A stretch of DNA of 63,960 nt, the filler included, from Saprolegnia diclina VS20 (taxonomy: Eukaryota), in assembly GCF_000281045.1 (NCBI RefSeq). It is 4 parts of 2 records of this genome, joined end to end, with 100 filler letters (N's around TTAATTAATTAA, not from the genome) between each part and the next. Parts side by side here need not be neighbours in the genome. Positions count along the whole stretch, not along the records: positions 32,795 to 62,769 come from NW_008246097.1; 3 more parts are not named here. One strand, written 5' to 3'. Positions within the stretch are counted from its first letter, which is position 1. The number at the start of each line of letters is the position of its first letter. Below the pieces are notes generated by a model. The model did not search any database, was not told the DNA's origin, and saw only the letters and a list, made by a program, of their open reading frames with translations. Shown here piece after piece: positions 45,161 to 56,386 of the stretch. Made by a program: the position numbers and the translations under genes.

Positions 45161-46811
45161 ATGAAGCTGTGGATCCCGAGCCTTCTTTGCTTCCTCTTGG
45201 CGCTTGCCGTCGCGCAAGAGAGCCTCGACGACGTCGCCGACGAGCGCTACTACGACGCCGCGACGACCCAAGCGATTGCCTTTATCAAGAAGAAGATGAA
45301 AGCGCACTCGATCACTGGCATGGGCGTCGCCGTCGTCCGCAACAACAAGGTAAACTCTCGCCAAAATACAAAAATCCCATACAAAATGGCTGAATTAGAC
45401 GGTTCTTGCAACGGGGTTCGGGCTCAAGCGTGCCAACGTCTCGTCCGACGTTGTGCGCTCCACGACGGGCTTTGAGATCGGGTCTGTCTCCAAGACGCAC
45501 ATTGCGATCGCTCTCGCCAAGCTCGTCGACGACGGGAAGCTCCAGTTCGCCGACACGGTCAAGTCCCGACTTCCGTGGTTCACACTCCAAGACAAGTACG
45601 CCGAGGCCCACACGACCATTGGTGACTTGCTCGCGCACAACTCGGTGCTCACTGATGACGGCGACGTACCGATGTTCTTTGGCCGCTGGGCGTCCGAGCG
45701 CGACAACGTCGAGAACCTTGCGTTCTTGCAGACGTATCGCGAGTTCCGAGCCGGGTATTCCTACGCCAACCTCGGGTACCAAGTGCTCGGGCAGGTCATC
45801 GAGGCTGTGTCGGGGCTCTCGTGGCACGAGTACCTCCAGCATACGATCTGGACACCGCTCGGTATGAAGTCGACGTACGCGCACGCGGGCTTGGCGCCGC
45901 CAGGGCAGCTGTCGTTTGGTCACTACGTTTGCAACAAGACGGTGATCGGGCCCTACCCGCTCTTCACCTCGAGCCTGACGATATTGAACCCCTCGTCGCC
46001 GTTCGTGGCGGCGGGCTCGATCGTCTCGACTCCGGCAGACATGGCGATCTTCACGCGATTTGTTCTGCAACATGGCGCCGGTATCTTCAAATCGCCGGCG
46101 CTCGTCAAGAACCTCGCGACGGGCTACGCGAGTCTTCCTCCCACCCGCGCCGCTGGTATGACGGCCTACGGCTTCGAGTACGACCCCGAAGGCAACGCAT
46201 ATGGTGTTGGCTACGGCTACGACATGACAGGTGCCCTCCTCTTTGGGCACCGGTACTTCACGAAATCCGGGGCCACGATGGCCCACTTCACCGAGACGGG
46301 GTATGCTCCGGGCGCCAACTTGGCCGTGACGCTGCTCTCCAACACGGCCGTGAGCGGCGGGCCCAGCCACGATCACGCCGTCTTGACGCTCATGCAAGTA
46401 TACATTCTCGGCATCTACCTCGGTGTTCCCCGCAGCAAGCTCGACGCGACATGGGACACCGCGTTTGCCCTGGCCGACAAGCTGTACCCGGCTCAACCTT
46501 GCGACAGCCATTTCTTTGGGAAGGAGCCGTGGCCGAGTGCCGACTTGCCCGTGCCGGGCGCGTCCACCCTCGCTGGCACGTATGCGTTTGCATCATCGCC
46601 CACGTACAGCGGCCCCATTACGGTCCACGCGACGCAAGACAAGCTGTCCATGCGCTACTACTCGTACGACGCGCCGCTCCTGCCGCTCGGGAACAATACG
46701 TTTGTGTGGGCCATCGACTTTATGGCATCGACGTTCGTTGTGCCGTTTACGACCCAGCCGGACGGCAGCGTCGCGCTCGAGTTCTTTGGGTCCGTTGCCG
46801 TCAAGGGTTAG
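45161..46811 (+). CDS. Secreted serine beta-lactamase/penicillin-binding-like hydrolase; intron 45350-45398
   Basis: Signal peptide MKLWIPSLLCFLLALAVA; F.IGSVSKT (SxxK), LLAHNS, YSYAN (YxN), PLGMKST, AAGSIVST, KSG. Confidence 0.92.
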
Positions 46812-47174
46812 GGAGTACATGTACCGGCAAACTAAACATGGATGCACAGTGTTTTTCACAAGGACCGTTCAACTGTACTGCCTTCGCAGCATCGCAAATG
46901 CATTGCCAACGTTTTGCACGCTGCCCGTGTACATCGGTAGTGGCTTCGCAGCCATAGCGCGAAAGCAGCTCGAGTACATGGACTGTACCCGCGTACATGG
47001 CCAGATACATGGCTGAAACGCCTGTGTCAAAAACGATCCAATCAGCGATGCCCATCAATAGAAAAGGCGCGGAAACTTCCATTGATGCGCAGGGTTGGCC
47101 CAAGGATACTACAGGTAGCGCACTTGCAAGGACATATTAACTTTACTCGGACGCTCACATTCTCTTTGGATCCC

Positions 47175-47834
47175 ATGGCGACGACAAGTTCTACGCACGT
47201 GCCCCGGACGCTGTGGTACGCGGCCAAGACGGGCGACCTCACGCTTCTCCGAACGCTTGTCGAAGTCGAGAGCGAGCATTTCGACGCTGAGGACGCCGAG
47301 TTTAAGACGCCCTTTTACTATGGCTGCTCGTGCGACCACCCGCATGTGCTCAAGTATCTCCACGAGCTCTACGCTGCGAACGGCCTGGCGCTCTCCAAGG
47401 ACCAGCTCCAGTGGTGCGATGTGAGCTGCCTCATGCCGGACGTGCGCGCGTTCCTTCAAGGCAAGACGACGATCGACCAAGTGATTGCGGACCGCGACCT
47501 CGAGGTGCGCTGGGCGGCCATGAGTATTTGGGACGCTGCCGCCGAAGGGCACCTGAAGAAGCTCCGGGAGCTTGCATCCACCGACCCAGCAATCGTCACA
47601 AGCGAAAACACCAGTGGGCAGAGCCCGTTGCAGGTCGCCGTCGCCACCAACCAAATCGCGGCGGCGGGGTACCTCTTGCCATTGACAAAGGCAGCGATGG
47701 AGGGCGACGCGTTCGATGCGCTGATCACGCGCTTGGTCGCGCAAACATCGGTCGACATGATGCTTCAAGTCCTCGCGGGCAAAGCGACGATGAAGGACAT
47801 CATGATGTACCAGCGCCGCCTCGCCATTCGATAA
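47175..47834 (+). CDS. Small ankyrin-repeat protein with two internal modules
   Basis: LWYAAKTGDL...TPFYYGC; IWDAAAEGHL...GQSPLQVAV; both halves end LQGKTT/LAGKAT. Confidence 0.8.
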   Translation: MATTSSTHVPRTLWYAAKTGDLTLLRTLVEVESEHFDAEDAEFKTPFYYGCSCDHPHVLKYLHELYAANGLALSKDQLQWCDVSCLMPDVRAFLQGKTTIDQVIADRDLEVRWAAMSIWDAAAEGHLKKLRELASTDPAIVTSENTSGQSPLQVAVATNQIAAAGYLLPLTKAAMEGDAFDALITRLVAQTSVDMMLQVLAGKATMKDIMMYQRRLAIR

Positions 47835-48524
47835 ACCTACGTCGTCCATCCGCTGATCCCAACACAACAAGCTTGTTTTCCCAACTGTGAGCTTGGACGA
47901 TGCGTGGATATTGTCTGATACGAAGACGACGATATATCGAAATGAGCCAATTCAACGCGTTTTATTGGACAACTTACAGTGCATGTGTGTTGGTTCAACA
48001 CGTAAACACATAATAGGAGTACGGTATAACTTTAGGCACATAGCTAAACGGGCCTATCTGCCACACAGCGAGGATCTCCCACTGCAGCTCTGCGGGAAGC
48101 TCGCCACAGGTCGAAAGTCTGACTGCGCATTGGATTCGACGATCCATGTCATCCCGCCCAGCGCACCACCTGGCATTTGCGACCACATGGTCGCTGGATT
48201 TCTACTCTGCCTGCCGCTAGACGTTGTCGGGCACGGCAGAGCACGGCAGGTATAAGTATATCTGAGGTATCACGCGCTGCTGCGAACAAGCAAATCTCTT
48301 TGTCGCGAGCCGAGTCTTGTTCTGGCAAGACGAGATCGCAATTCAGGCGCTCGCTCCGACACAAACAATCGAAGGATTTAGCGCTAAATCTGGTCGTTTG
48401 CGCTGTGATTTCGCATGGCATAGCCTTCCTTTGACGATCCAGATCCTTCGTCGCACGTCAGGTTTACGGGAGTTGATAGAACGCAGCAGGATCCAACTTG
48501 AACAGACAATAGATTAGTACATGA

Positions 48525-48923
48525 TTACATGGTCGAAGGGAACCGAATCGTGCCGTCATCAAGCTGGCGCGACGCGTTGCCCGAGACGTTGGGGAGCAGC
48601 ACCGGGCGGCCCGTCGCGTTCACGCCGGCAAACGTGCTGTTGGCGAAGGTGCCGTTGATCGCGGTGCCGTTGGCCAAGGTGCCGTTCCAGCTGACCAGCG
48701 TCACGTTGAACGGAAGGAGGATCGTCGGCTCCGAGACGTTGCCGGCAAGCGTCACGTTCGTGAAGGTCGCGTTGATGGCGCCAAAGGTGCCGTTGACCGC
48801 GACGAGCGTCACGTTGGCAGGCACGAAGGAGCTGTTGGCCGGGAGAAGGATCGTGGCGTCGGTGACGTTGGTCTGGGCGACGGCGGCGACGGCCGAGAGG
48901 AGGAATGCGATAGGGGCAAACAT
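48525..48923 (-). CDS. Small secreted, sequon-saturated glycoprotein (132 aa)
   Basis: Signal peptide MFAPIAFLLSAVAAVA; 15 N-x-S/T sequons; strong GC3 codon usage. Confidence 0.8.
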   Translation of the reverse strand: MFAPIAFLLSAVAAVAQTNVTDATILLPANSSFVPANVTLVAVNGTFGAINATFTNVTLAGNVSEPTILLPFNVTLVSWNGTLANGTAINGTFANSTFAGVNATGRPVLLPNVSGNASRQLDDGTIRFPSTM

Positions 48924-49872
48924 GCTTGTGGTGCTTGGCGACAAAATGTAAAGTGGTGGGTGAGAGGCAATGCAGCCAAAGCAGCTGCCCAATCGCAAGC
49001 CGGGTGTCCCAAGCGGGACCCTCCAGAGTCCTTGGAGCGAGTCAAATATTCGATCCAAACCCAGCTGTGTTGAGATTGCCTTCGAACTTCGGCATATCAC
49101 GCCGTCTGCGCCGTGCACTTCTTGCTTCGAACTTCGGCCTCAAGAACTCGGACGGTGGACATGCGAAGGGGCACGGCTGGTTCGTTGACCTCGTCGGTGA
49201 ACCTAGCTGGCGGCGCGTAAAGACGCACTGGGCGCTTCACAGCGTACAATGTAAGCTGCCTCGCACCTCTACGCAAGCCGTCTGTGGCAAAACGACGACA
49301 GACCTTCGCCAGGCGCCGTTCGAAACAGGCGCAAATTCAGCTGGGCGCGTCACGCCTCCTGGATACGAGACAGGTGTCCTTCGATTCCGTGGGACCGAAG
49401 CGAACAAGAGATCCGACATAATTGTTGACGCTCGACTCCCAGTGCTACGTATGTACATGTCGTCAACGAGTTTTGCACACTGGCACGTACCAAAGCACGG
49501 CTTGCCGCTTCTCGTACATACCGGAATTCACCGAAGGCTGTCAGTCCCACGCCAATGCCTTGGCGGTGCCGGTCTTCTTTGGTTCCCACGTCGTGCAACG
49601 GCTGCACCGCACGATGTGCAACAGCGTTCCGAGTGATTTGATCCAGCGCTCTTGTTGCTGCCAGAACAAACGTTGCAAGCGCACTGTACTACCGGTAGTA
49701 CTGCTCGCTGATCCAGCGACCGACAAAGCACAGAGCGAACCACGTTCGTCTCGTCGACAAGATGGCATGGTCGCCCACCCATCATCTGCTTGACACGACC
49801 GTCAAGCGTGCACCCAAGCCCAGACCCTAGCCGATCATGTGGACGCTCCATCCTCATTGTAGAGCTTTACAG

Positions 49873-50901
49873 CTACAACTCGGTCGCGTCAAGCGCACAC
49901 CGAGGGTCGGCCACGGTGCAGTCGACCACGAGGCCGTAATGGTCGCTGATCTTGATGCCGGTATCATCCAGCGCCTCTTCGCCGAGAAGCGCGATGCTGG
50001 TCGCGTGCCACTGCCCGCGCTTGATCAGGACGCGGTCGTAGCGCATGATCTCGTGCCGGTCGGCGATGCACACGGCGTTGTGGGCGCCGTCAAAGGTCGC
50101 GCCGCGCACACCGGGGCACAGCAAAGGCCAAACGTCCTCAAACTCGGGCAGCGCGATACCGAGCACGTCATTCTCGAGCGGCGTCAAGCGATCGCACTCC
50201 TTTCGGTGCCAATCGCCCCACGCCTGCGTATCGTCAAAGTTGAAGTCCCCACAGAGCACGGCGTTCGCATGCGGCGCGAGGGCGGCGGCACAGGCGCGGA
50301 GCTGCGCCGCACGCACCGCCGGCGCGTTGAGCGACTCGAGGTGGACCGTGCCAACGACGCCGGGCAGCGCACCCATGTGCCCTTCGACGACGCACGTGAC
50401 CATGGAGCGCCCCATCTTGGAGGGTAGCGGCGTCGTGGCAAACGCTGGGTGCAGCGTTCGCCGCGCCAGGACGAGGCAGCCGTAAGGGTACACGGGCTCG
50501 GGACTGTGGTCGTACGTGGCTTGCAGTAGCGCCGACGCCTCGATCGCTGAAAGCACCTGCGGCGTGACCTCTTGGAGGCAGACGACGTCGGGGTTGAGCG
50601 CAAGCACTTGCATGATGAGCGCGTCGAAGCGCAGCGCTTGGTCTCGATGGTCGAACCACATGTTCCACGTCACGACGCGGAGGCGCGTCGGATCCGACGG
50701 TGTCGACGCTGCCATCGCGGCCGTCCATCGCGGAGTATCGATGGGAAAGGCCGACGGCGTCAGATCCAGCTGCGGAAGCTCCCGGGTGCTCCCGTCGTCG
50801 CGTAGTATATAGCGCGAGCCGTCGGCCCGCGTGTAGATCGTGCGTGATGGCTTGAGCACTGCCTTGGCGTGGGCCAGTGCAGTCGTCGACAAGCTGGCCA
50901 T
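49873..50901 (-). CDS. TDP2-like endonuclease/exonuclease/phosphatase
   Basis: VVTWNMWFD, VCLQEVT, SKMGR, TVHLES, CGDFN, RYDR, SDHYGL. Confidence 0.9.
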   Translation of the reverse strand: MASLSTTALAHAKAVLKPSRTIYTRADGSRYILRDDGSTRELPQLDLTPSAFPIDTPRWTAAMAASTPSDPTRLRVVTWNMWFDHRDQALRFDALIMQVLALNPDVVCLQEVTPQVLSAIEASALLQATYDHSPEPVYPYGCLVLARRTLHPAFATTPLPSKMGRSMVTCVVEGHMGALPGVVGTVHLESLNAPAVRAAQLRACAAALAPHANAVLCGDFNFDDTQAWGDWHRKECDRLTPLENDVLGIALPEFEDVWPLLCPGVRGATFDGAHNAVCIADRHEIMRYDRVLIKRGQWHATSIALLGEEALDDTGIKISDHYGLVVDCTVADPRCALDATEL

Positions 50902-51460
50902 GCTGGACAAGCGCAACTGCCAGCTCGCAAAGGCTCCGTCCTTCCCTCTGAAAAGTGTTGGTCCAATTGTAAAGAAGGAATGGTTCGCTGCGCGGACGAG
51001 CCAACTGCGTTGGGAAGACGAGTAAGCGATTACCTAGTCGAGCACTACATATAAACATGACTTGAGATGCCCGCACGGAGATAAGTCGTGATGGGCCAAA
51101 GCCGTCCGAGTCTCGAACGATGGAACATCGTCTTGTGCCAAGTTGAAGCTAGGGAATTGCACTTTGGAGAGTGATGGACACACGACCAGATTCGCTCCGC
51201 CGCTTTGCACTATGCATTCGAATCGGACTAGATAATTATTTCCCTAAACAGCAATCCACGCACGAGTCTTGTTGGATAGATGATGGATACGTCGACCCAA
51301 GGCAGGATAGGCCATCGCATCCTGGTACCCAAAGCAATCTTGTGTCTTTACCTTTCATCAGCCAATCACATGCGCGCTCGTCGATTTTGTCGATGCCGAT
51401 TGGCCAAAACGGTATCTTTCGACCGACGCCACGAGATTTCGTCGCACATTCACAAGACCG

Positions 51461-52936
51461 ATGCGAAGACTGTGGCTCGTGCTCGGGCTCGTGGCGCGCC
51501 TCGTGACGCCGCAGCATCTGCAGACAACGCTCCACTGGTCCAACACGACCTTGGTTGCTGCCTCCGGAGCGAGAGACGCCGTCCACGCCGTTCTAGCGTC
51601 CGCAATGAGCCTTGAGCCCGCCGACCTGCAAGTGCGCAGCTTGTCGACGGTCGCGTCCAGCGATGTGGCAATGGTCCTATGGCTTCCGTACTCCCGTCCG
51701 ACGATGGCAGCGCTGCAGAGGCGCTTTCAGATGGCTGTCGCTGGACATATTGTCCAAATTCTCACGACCGACTATATTGAGAGCGACGCGCCGTCAGGGC
51801 CGTGCTTCAGCGCCGCGTCCGTCGTCCCACTGGATTTGTTTCTGAGCAATTCTGCGTGGCCAACGTTCCAAGCGGACGTCGAGGCGTACGTTCGCGCACC
51901 TGTGGCACTGGTCGACGTGACCAGCGACAGCTTTACGCTCTGCGCGTGGACATCACCCGAAGCAGCAGCAACGACACTGGCCGAGTACCTTTCGTCGCAA
52001 ACGACCGGCCTCACCGCTGCAGCAGCTCGACCGACCCCATCGAATATTTCAGTGGAATCGGCGCCGCCGACACCGACCGAGCACGACTGCCAAGGGTCGT
52101 TTTGTGCTGTCTTGCACTGGTCGATACCCAGCGCGCTGGTCCTAACAGCACCGACGGAGCTCGCAGCGTCGACGACACTGACCCGCGCCAGCACCACACA
52201 CGTGCGCGACGGAGACTTATGGCTTGTGTCGACATCCAACGACGGCGCTACATTGGGGTTTCGCTGCGTCTTGGCGTCGGCCAGCGGCCCTATCGACTTG
52301 ACGTGGGCAGCGGAAAGACCATCCAGCGACGACGGTAGCGCGTCATCGGTGCTGACACCGTTGATCCTTCCCGACAACTGGAGCGCGCACTTGGCGTCCA
52401 AGTGGCATGACACGCACGTATTCATGACGATCGCGCTGTCACCACCGACCGACGAAGACGCGACTTGCATCGAGCTCGATGCGTGCTTGGCCGCGCTCGT
52501 CGACTGGCCGCTGCTGACAGCAGACCTGCGTGCCATGGACCCAAACTCGCGTGCCGACCTCTCATACATGTTTGCATCTTGTGACGCTGCGTCGTGGCAC
52601 CAGTGGTACCTCGCAAATGCGCTCTCAATCGGCGTTTCGGTGGCTTTTCTCTTGACACCGGCGCAGCAGTCGCTCGACATCGTGCAAGCTCCCGGCACTC
52701 TGTCCGTACATTGCAACGGGACATTTAGCGAGATATCGTATGCCACGGCCGAGAGTCTGGGACGAGATGTGGCGGCCGCGATCGCCACGTGCATCCGTGG
52801 TGACGTGACCACAACTGACGCATTCACGCTGACGTACCCGAGCGCATACCTCGGACCGACGCTGTGGTTGACATCGGACGCTGTTGTCGTGCACTCCACG
52901 CCAGCATCGCTCGTTGCGGTCGCTCTTCCTAGCTAA
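51461..52936 (+). CDS. Hypothetical, probably secreted protein (491 aa)
   Basis: Long intronless ORF with a hydrophobic N-terminus MRRLWLVLGLVARLV. No family recognised. Confidence 0.65.
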   Translation: MRRLWLVLGLVARLVTPQHLQTTLHWSNTTLVAASGARDAVHAVLASAMSLEPADLQVRSLSTVASSDVAMVLWLPYSRPTMAALQRRFQMAVAGHIVQILTTDYIESDAPSGPCFSAASVVPLDLFLSNSAWPTFQADVEAYVRAPVALVDVTSDSFTLCAWTSPEAAATTLAEYLSSQTTGLTAAAARPTPSNISVESAPPTPTEHDCQGSFCAVLHWSIPSALVLTAPTELAASTTLTRASTTHVRDGDLWLVSTSNDGATLGFRCVLASASGPIDLTWAAERPSSDDGSASSVLTPLILPDNWSAHLASKWHDTHVFMTIALSPPTDEDATCIELDACLAALVDWPLLTADLRAMDPNSRADLSYMFASCDAASWHQWYLANALSIGVSVAFLLTPAQQSLDIVQAPGTLSVHCNGTFSEISYATAESLGRDVAAAIATCIRGDVTTTDAFTLTYPSAYLGPTLWLTSDAVVVHSTPASLVAVALPS

Positions 52937-53147
52937 TAAAGACATACGTTCTTCGCTCTTGAGCCATCATCAACGCTTGAAAGTAAAATTCCTTGCCAGT
53001 CACGATACTCCAACACCGCAGACAAAATTGTTGCACTACATATAGACTTGTTTTTTATTCCCAGTTTTAGCGATAGACAATTTTGTTTGTGTGGTGAGAT
53101 GTGCATAATATATTCTAGTACTCTGGGTACGTTGTGGAGGTCCCACG

Positions 53148-54146
53148 CTACAAAAGCTTGGCTTCAATGTCTTTGACGAGGCCCTCCGAGACTTCCCACA
53201 GCTGCCGCGCGAGATCGGCGTCGGTGGCTTTCGGGTGCAGCTCAGTACTGAGCTGGCAGTCGGCGTAGTAGCCGCCCGGTTGCACGGTCGGGTCCAGCGC
53301 CGCAACGACCGTCGTCGCCGCACCTTGCGCGATCGACTTCATTGGCTCTCGGAATGCGCGCATCAACATACCCGTGCGCAAGCCCGAGAGACTGCGCGCG
53401 GTGCTGGCAATACCCATGTGGCGGGTGAGCTCAGTCGCGACAATCACACCAGGATGCAGTGCGACCGAAATGACGTGCTGGCTCGCATACCGCTTGTTGA
53501 GTTCGTTGGAGAAGAGGACGTTGGCGAGCTTGGCCATCCCGTAGCGCTCCCACTCGTAGTACGACTTGTCGCCGCTGAGGTCGTCGAGAAGGATTCCTTC
53601 GTCCGGCGCGTAGAGGTTCTGGCCCATGGACGAGAGGTTCACGACGCGCGCGGGGGCGTCCGCCGTGCCCGTCCACTGCAGCGCCGGCAATAGCAGCTTG
53701 GTCAGGTAGAAATGACCAATGTGGTTGACGCCAAACTGCATTTCCAGCCCGTCGGTCGTTGTGGTCTTGGGACAGGCCATGACACCCGCGTTGTTGATGA
53801 GAATGTCCAGCCGCTCGTGCTTGGCGCTGAACGCCGTCACAAATGCTTTGATCGACGCCAACGATGCCAAGTCGAGCTCCAAGAACGAGACCTTGGCGTC
53901 GGGCTGCGCTTTGAGAATCAGAGCCACAGCTGCTTCGCCCTTGGGGGCCGAGCGACAGGCGATGACGACGGTGGCACCTTTAGCCGCGAGGACCCGCGCC
54001 GTCTCGAGGCCGAGGCCCGTGTTGGCGCCCGTGATGAGCACGACCTTGTCCTTGCAGTGAGGAGCGAACGCGTCGGCGACTTGGTCTGCGGTTGTCGTGG
54101 CGTTGAAGGCGCCGTCGGTTGATGCTGACGACGCTTGGTTGCCCAT
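53148..54146 (-). CDS. Short-chain dehydrogenase/reductase (retinol dehydrogenase/WWOX-like)
   Basis: MGNQAS N-terminus; TGANTGLG, NNAGVM, FGVNHIGHF, YGMAK, HPGVI. Confidence 0.93.
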   Translation of the reverse strand: MGNQASSASTDGAFNATTTADQVADAFAPHCKDKVVLITGANTGLGLETARVLAAKGATVVIACRSAPKGEAAVALILKAQPDAKVSFLELDLASLASIKAFVTAFSAKHERLDILINNAGVMACPKTTTTDGLEMQFGVNHIGHFYLTKLLLPALQWTGTADAPARVVNLSSMGQNLYAPDEGILLDDLSGDKSYYEWERYGMAKLANVLFSNELNKRYASQHVISVALHPGVIVATELTRHMGIASTARSLSGLRTGMLMRAFREPMKSIAQGAATTVVAALDPTVQPGGYYADCQLSTELHPKATDADLARQLWEVSEGLVKDIEAKLL

Positions 54147-54450
54147 TGCCCGATCTAAATTCAAAATGAGCGTGAGCTGTGGCGGTTGGGTGATTGAGTC
54201 ATGCGTGATTGGCTCGTTTTCGCAGAATATCCGCCAATCACGCATCAGGAATCGTTCTACCTGGCGCCATTTTGGACGTTTGGGGATCCATGGACGAAAA
54301 AAATAGAGTCGAGACCGGTAATGAGAGCTACTAGGCGAGTGGGAAGGTATGAGACATAGCGCAGTCGAGTACGTTCGAGCAGCTCGCATTCTCGCCAAGC
54401 GCACGTTCCCGATCAACCGACACGACCACGGCCGTCTGCGCGAACCCCAG

Positions 54451-54507
54451 CGTCTCGAGGCGCTTGACCAACGCGATTTTGCATGGTCGTGTGCAGAATA
54501 TACTTGA
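54451..54507 (+). pseudogene. Orphan 3' relic of an HA-repeat gene
   Basis: Encodes RLEALDQRDFAWSCAEYT*, homologous to GLEALDPLNFAWSCAEYT* at 1227-1283. Confidence 0.7.
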
Positions 54508-54599
54508 ATTTATTGTTTCCCTTCCACCTTGTTAGTGCTATAAGAGCCAACAACAAGTAAGAGAAAAGTCAACATCAAAAGAGCGTTAGTAGGCACAAA

Positions 54600-55598
54600 C
54601 TAGGGCAGCTTGGCCACTACCTCGTTCACGAGCGACTCGCTAACGTCCCAGAGCTTGGCCGCGAGGTCAGCGTCGGTCGCTTTCGGGTGGAGTTCGTCGC
54701 TGACTTGGCAGTCCAAGTAGTAGGCGCCCGGCACAACGTCGGGGCGGAGGGCCGTCGCGACCGTGGTTGCCACGCCCTGCGGGATCGACTTGAAACTCTC
54801 ACAGAAAAGCCGGCGCATCGTGCCCGCGCGCAGCCCCGAGATTGCGCGCAGAGCATTGCCGAGACCCACAAAGCGCGAGAGCTCCGAGCTCGGGATCGAG
54901 CCCGGGTGCAGCGAGACGGAAATGACGTTCTGGCTCGCATACCGCTTGTTGAGCTCCTTGGCAAAAAGGACGTTGGCGAGCTTGGCGTGGCCATAGCGCT
55001 CCCACGAGTGGTAGTGCTTGTCGCCGTTGAGGTCGTCAAATAGAATCCCTTGCTCGGGCGCAAAGAGATACTGTGCAAGCGACGCGAGGTTGACCACGCG
55101 GGCCGGCGCGGCCGGCGTCCCCGTCTTGATCAGCGTCGGCAAGAGGAGTTTGGTCAAGTAGAAATGGCCAATGTGGTTGACGCCAAACTGCGTCTCAAAC
55201 CCGTTAGTCGTTGGCGCCTTGGGACACGCCATGACACCGGCGTTGTTGATGAGGACGTGCAGTGCGTCGTGCTTGGCCTCGAACGCAGCTGCAAACGCCT
55301 TGATCGACGCCAGCGACGCCAGGTCCAGCGGCAGAAACGACACTTTGGCGTCGGGCTGCGCGCTGAGGATCGACGCGACGGCCGCGTCGCCTTTGGAGGG
55401 CGTCCGGCAGGCGATGACGACGGTCGCGCCCTTGGCCGCGAGGACCCGTGCCGTCTCGAGACCGAGGCCCGTGTTGGCGCCCGTGATGAGCACGACCTTT
55501 TGCGGGACCTCGGCGGCCAAAACAGTAGCGACCTGCTCGCCCGTGGTGTAAAAGTCGAACGCGGCTGGCGTCAGTGGCGCCGAGTGATGACTGCCCAT
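54600..55598 (-). CDS. SDR tandem paralog
   Basis: MGSHHS N-terminus; TGANTGLG, NNAGVM, YGHAK; co-linear with the 53148-54146 gene. Confidence 0.93.
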   Translation of the reverse strand: MGSHHSAPLTPAAFDFYTTGEQVATVLAAEVPQKVVLITGANTGLGLETARVLAAKGATVVIACRTPSKGDAAVASILSAQPDAKVSFLPLDLASLASIKAFAAAFEAKHDALHVLINNAGVMACPKAPTTNGFETQFGVNHIGHFYLTKLLLPTLIKTGTPAAPARVVNLASLAQYLFAPEQGILFDDLNGDKHYHSWERYGHAKLANVLFAKELNKRYASQNVISVSLHPGSIPSSELSRFVGLGNALRAISGLRAGTMRRLFCESFKSIPQGVATTVATALRPDVVPGAYYLDCQVSDELHPKATDADLAAKLWDVSESLVNEVVAKLP

Positions 55599-56386
55599 GT
55601 CGCTGGAGCTTGGGAAGTTTGATTGTGGCAACCTGTTGTCGTCAAGCGGTGAAAGTCCGTCCATGATTGGCTGGGACGGGCCAATCGGTGGGGTGTTCAG
55701 CGAAAAAAGACACCAATCAGAGACGGCGATGGATTCGTATTGCGATACCGTTTCTAAACGACGGTGGCGGGAATGACGTGGCGTGGCACGGCGGACAAAG
55801 CCGACGATGAACGAGATCTAGTATCTGGTCCCCCTCTCCTCTACTACGAAGTACCGTGCGTACCCAAGCACAAGCACAAGTTTGTTGAATGGGATTCAAC
55901 AAATTTGTCCTTGTCCTTGTGCTTGACCTTCTCCACAGCACCTTAGCTTGAGCCGCGAACGAGGTAATACTTGAGTCCAAGGCAGTCTTAGTTGTATTGG
56001 TCACTAGAACTTAGTCTTGTTGGTATTATGTGTACTAGTATGTGTTGAACGAGGCAAGAGCAGGGGCGGGGGGCTTGGCGTAAACTGGTGGCCGAGTGCA
56101 TCGCTCTGCCTCAAGAGAGCACTGCAAATATCATGCCAATGGCGGCAACGCTCAAGCCAGAGAGTCGAACGACTGCTGCAGGAGGGTCTCTCCAGACCAA
56201 CGACCGTCATTTTGGGCTGGTCGTCCGCGGCCTTCGTTGCTGCGTTGTTCGCGAAGTCTTCGTGTCGGCGTATCCGGATGTAATCCGGAGTGTAGGTCCT
56301 CTGTAATTGGTCTCTTTTTGGCCAATCCTGATGCGCGCCGTGGCGGAAGCCGTCATTTTCGATTCTCGAAAGGAGCGGCCGACGTC

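Noticed and set aside
53148..54416. Long N-terminal extensions in the ORF track (also on ubiquilin, GT71, PX2 and DAACS)
   Set aside because: They start at GTG/TTG or run through CCAAT/Inr promoter DNA. Downstream ATGs fit the protein families better.
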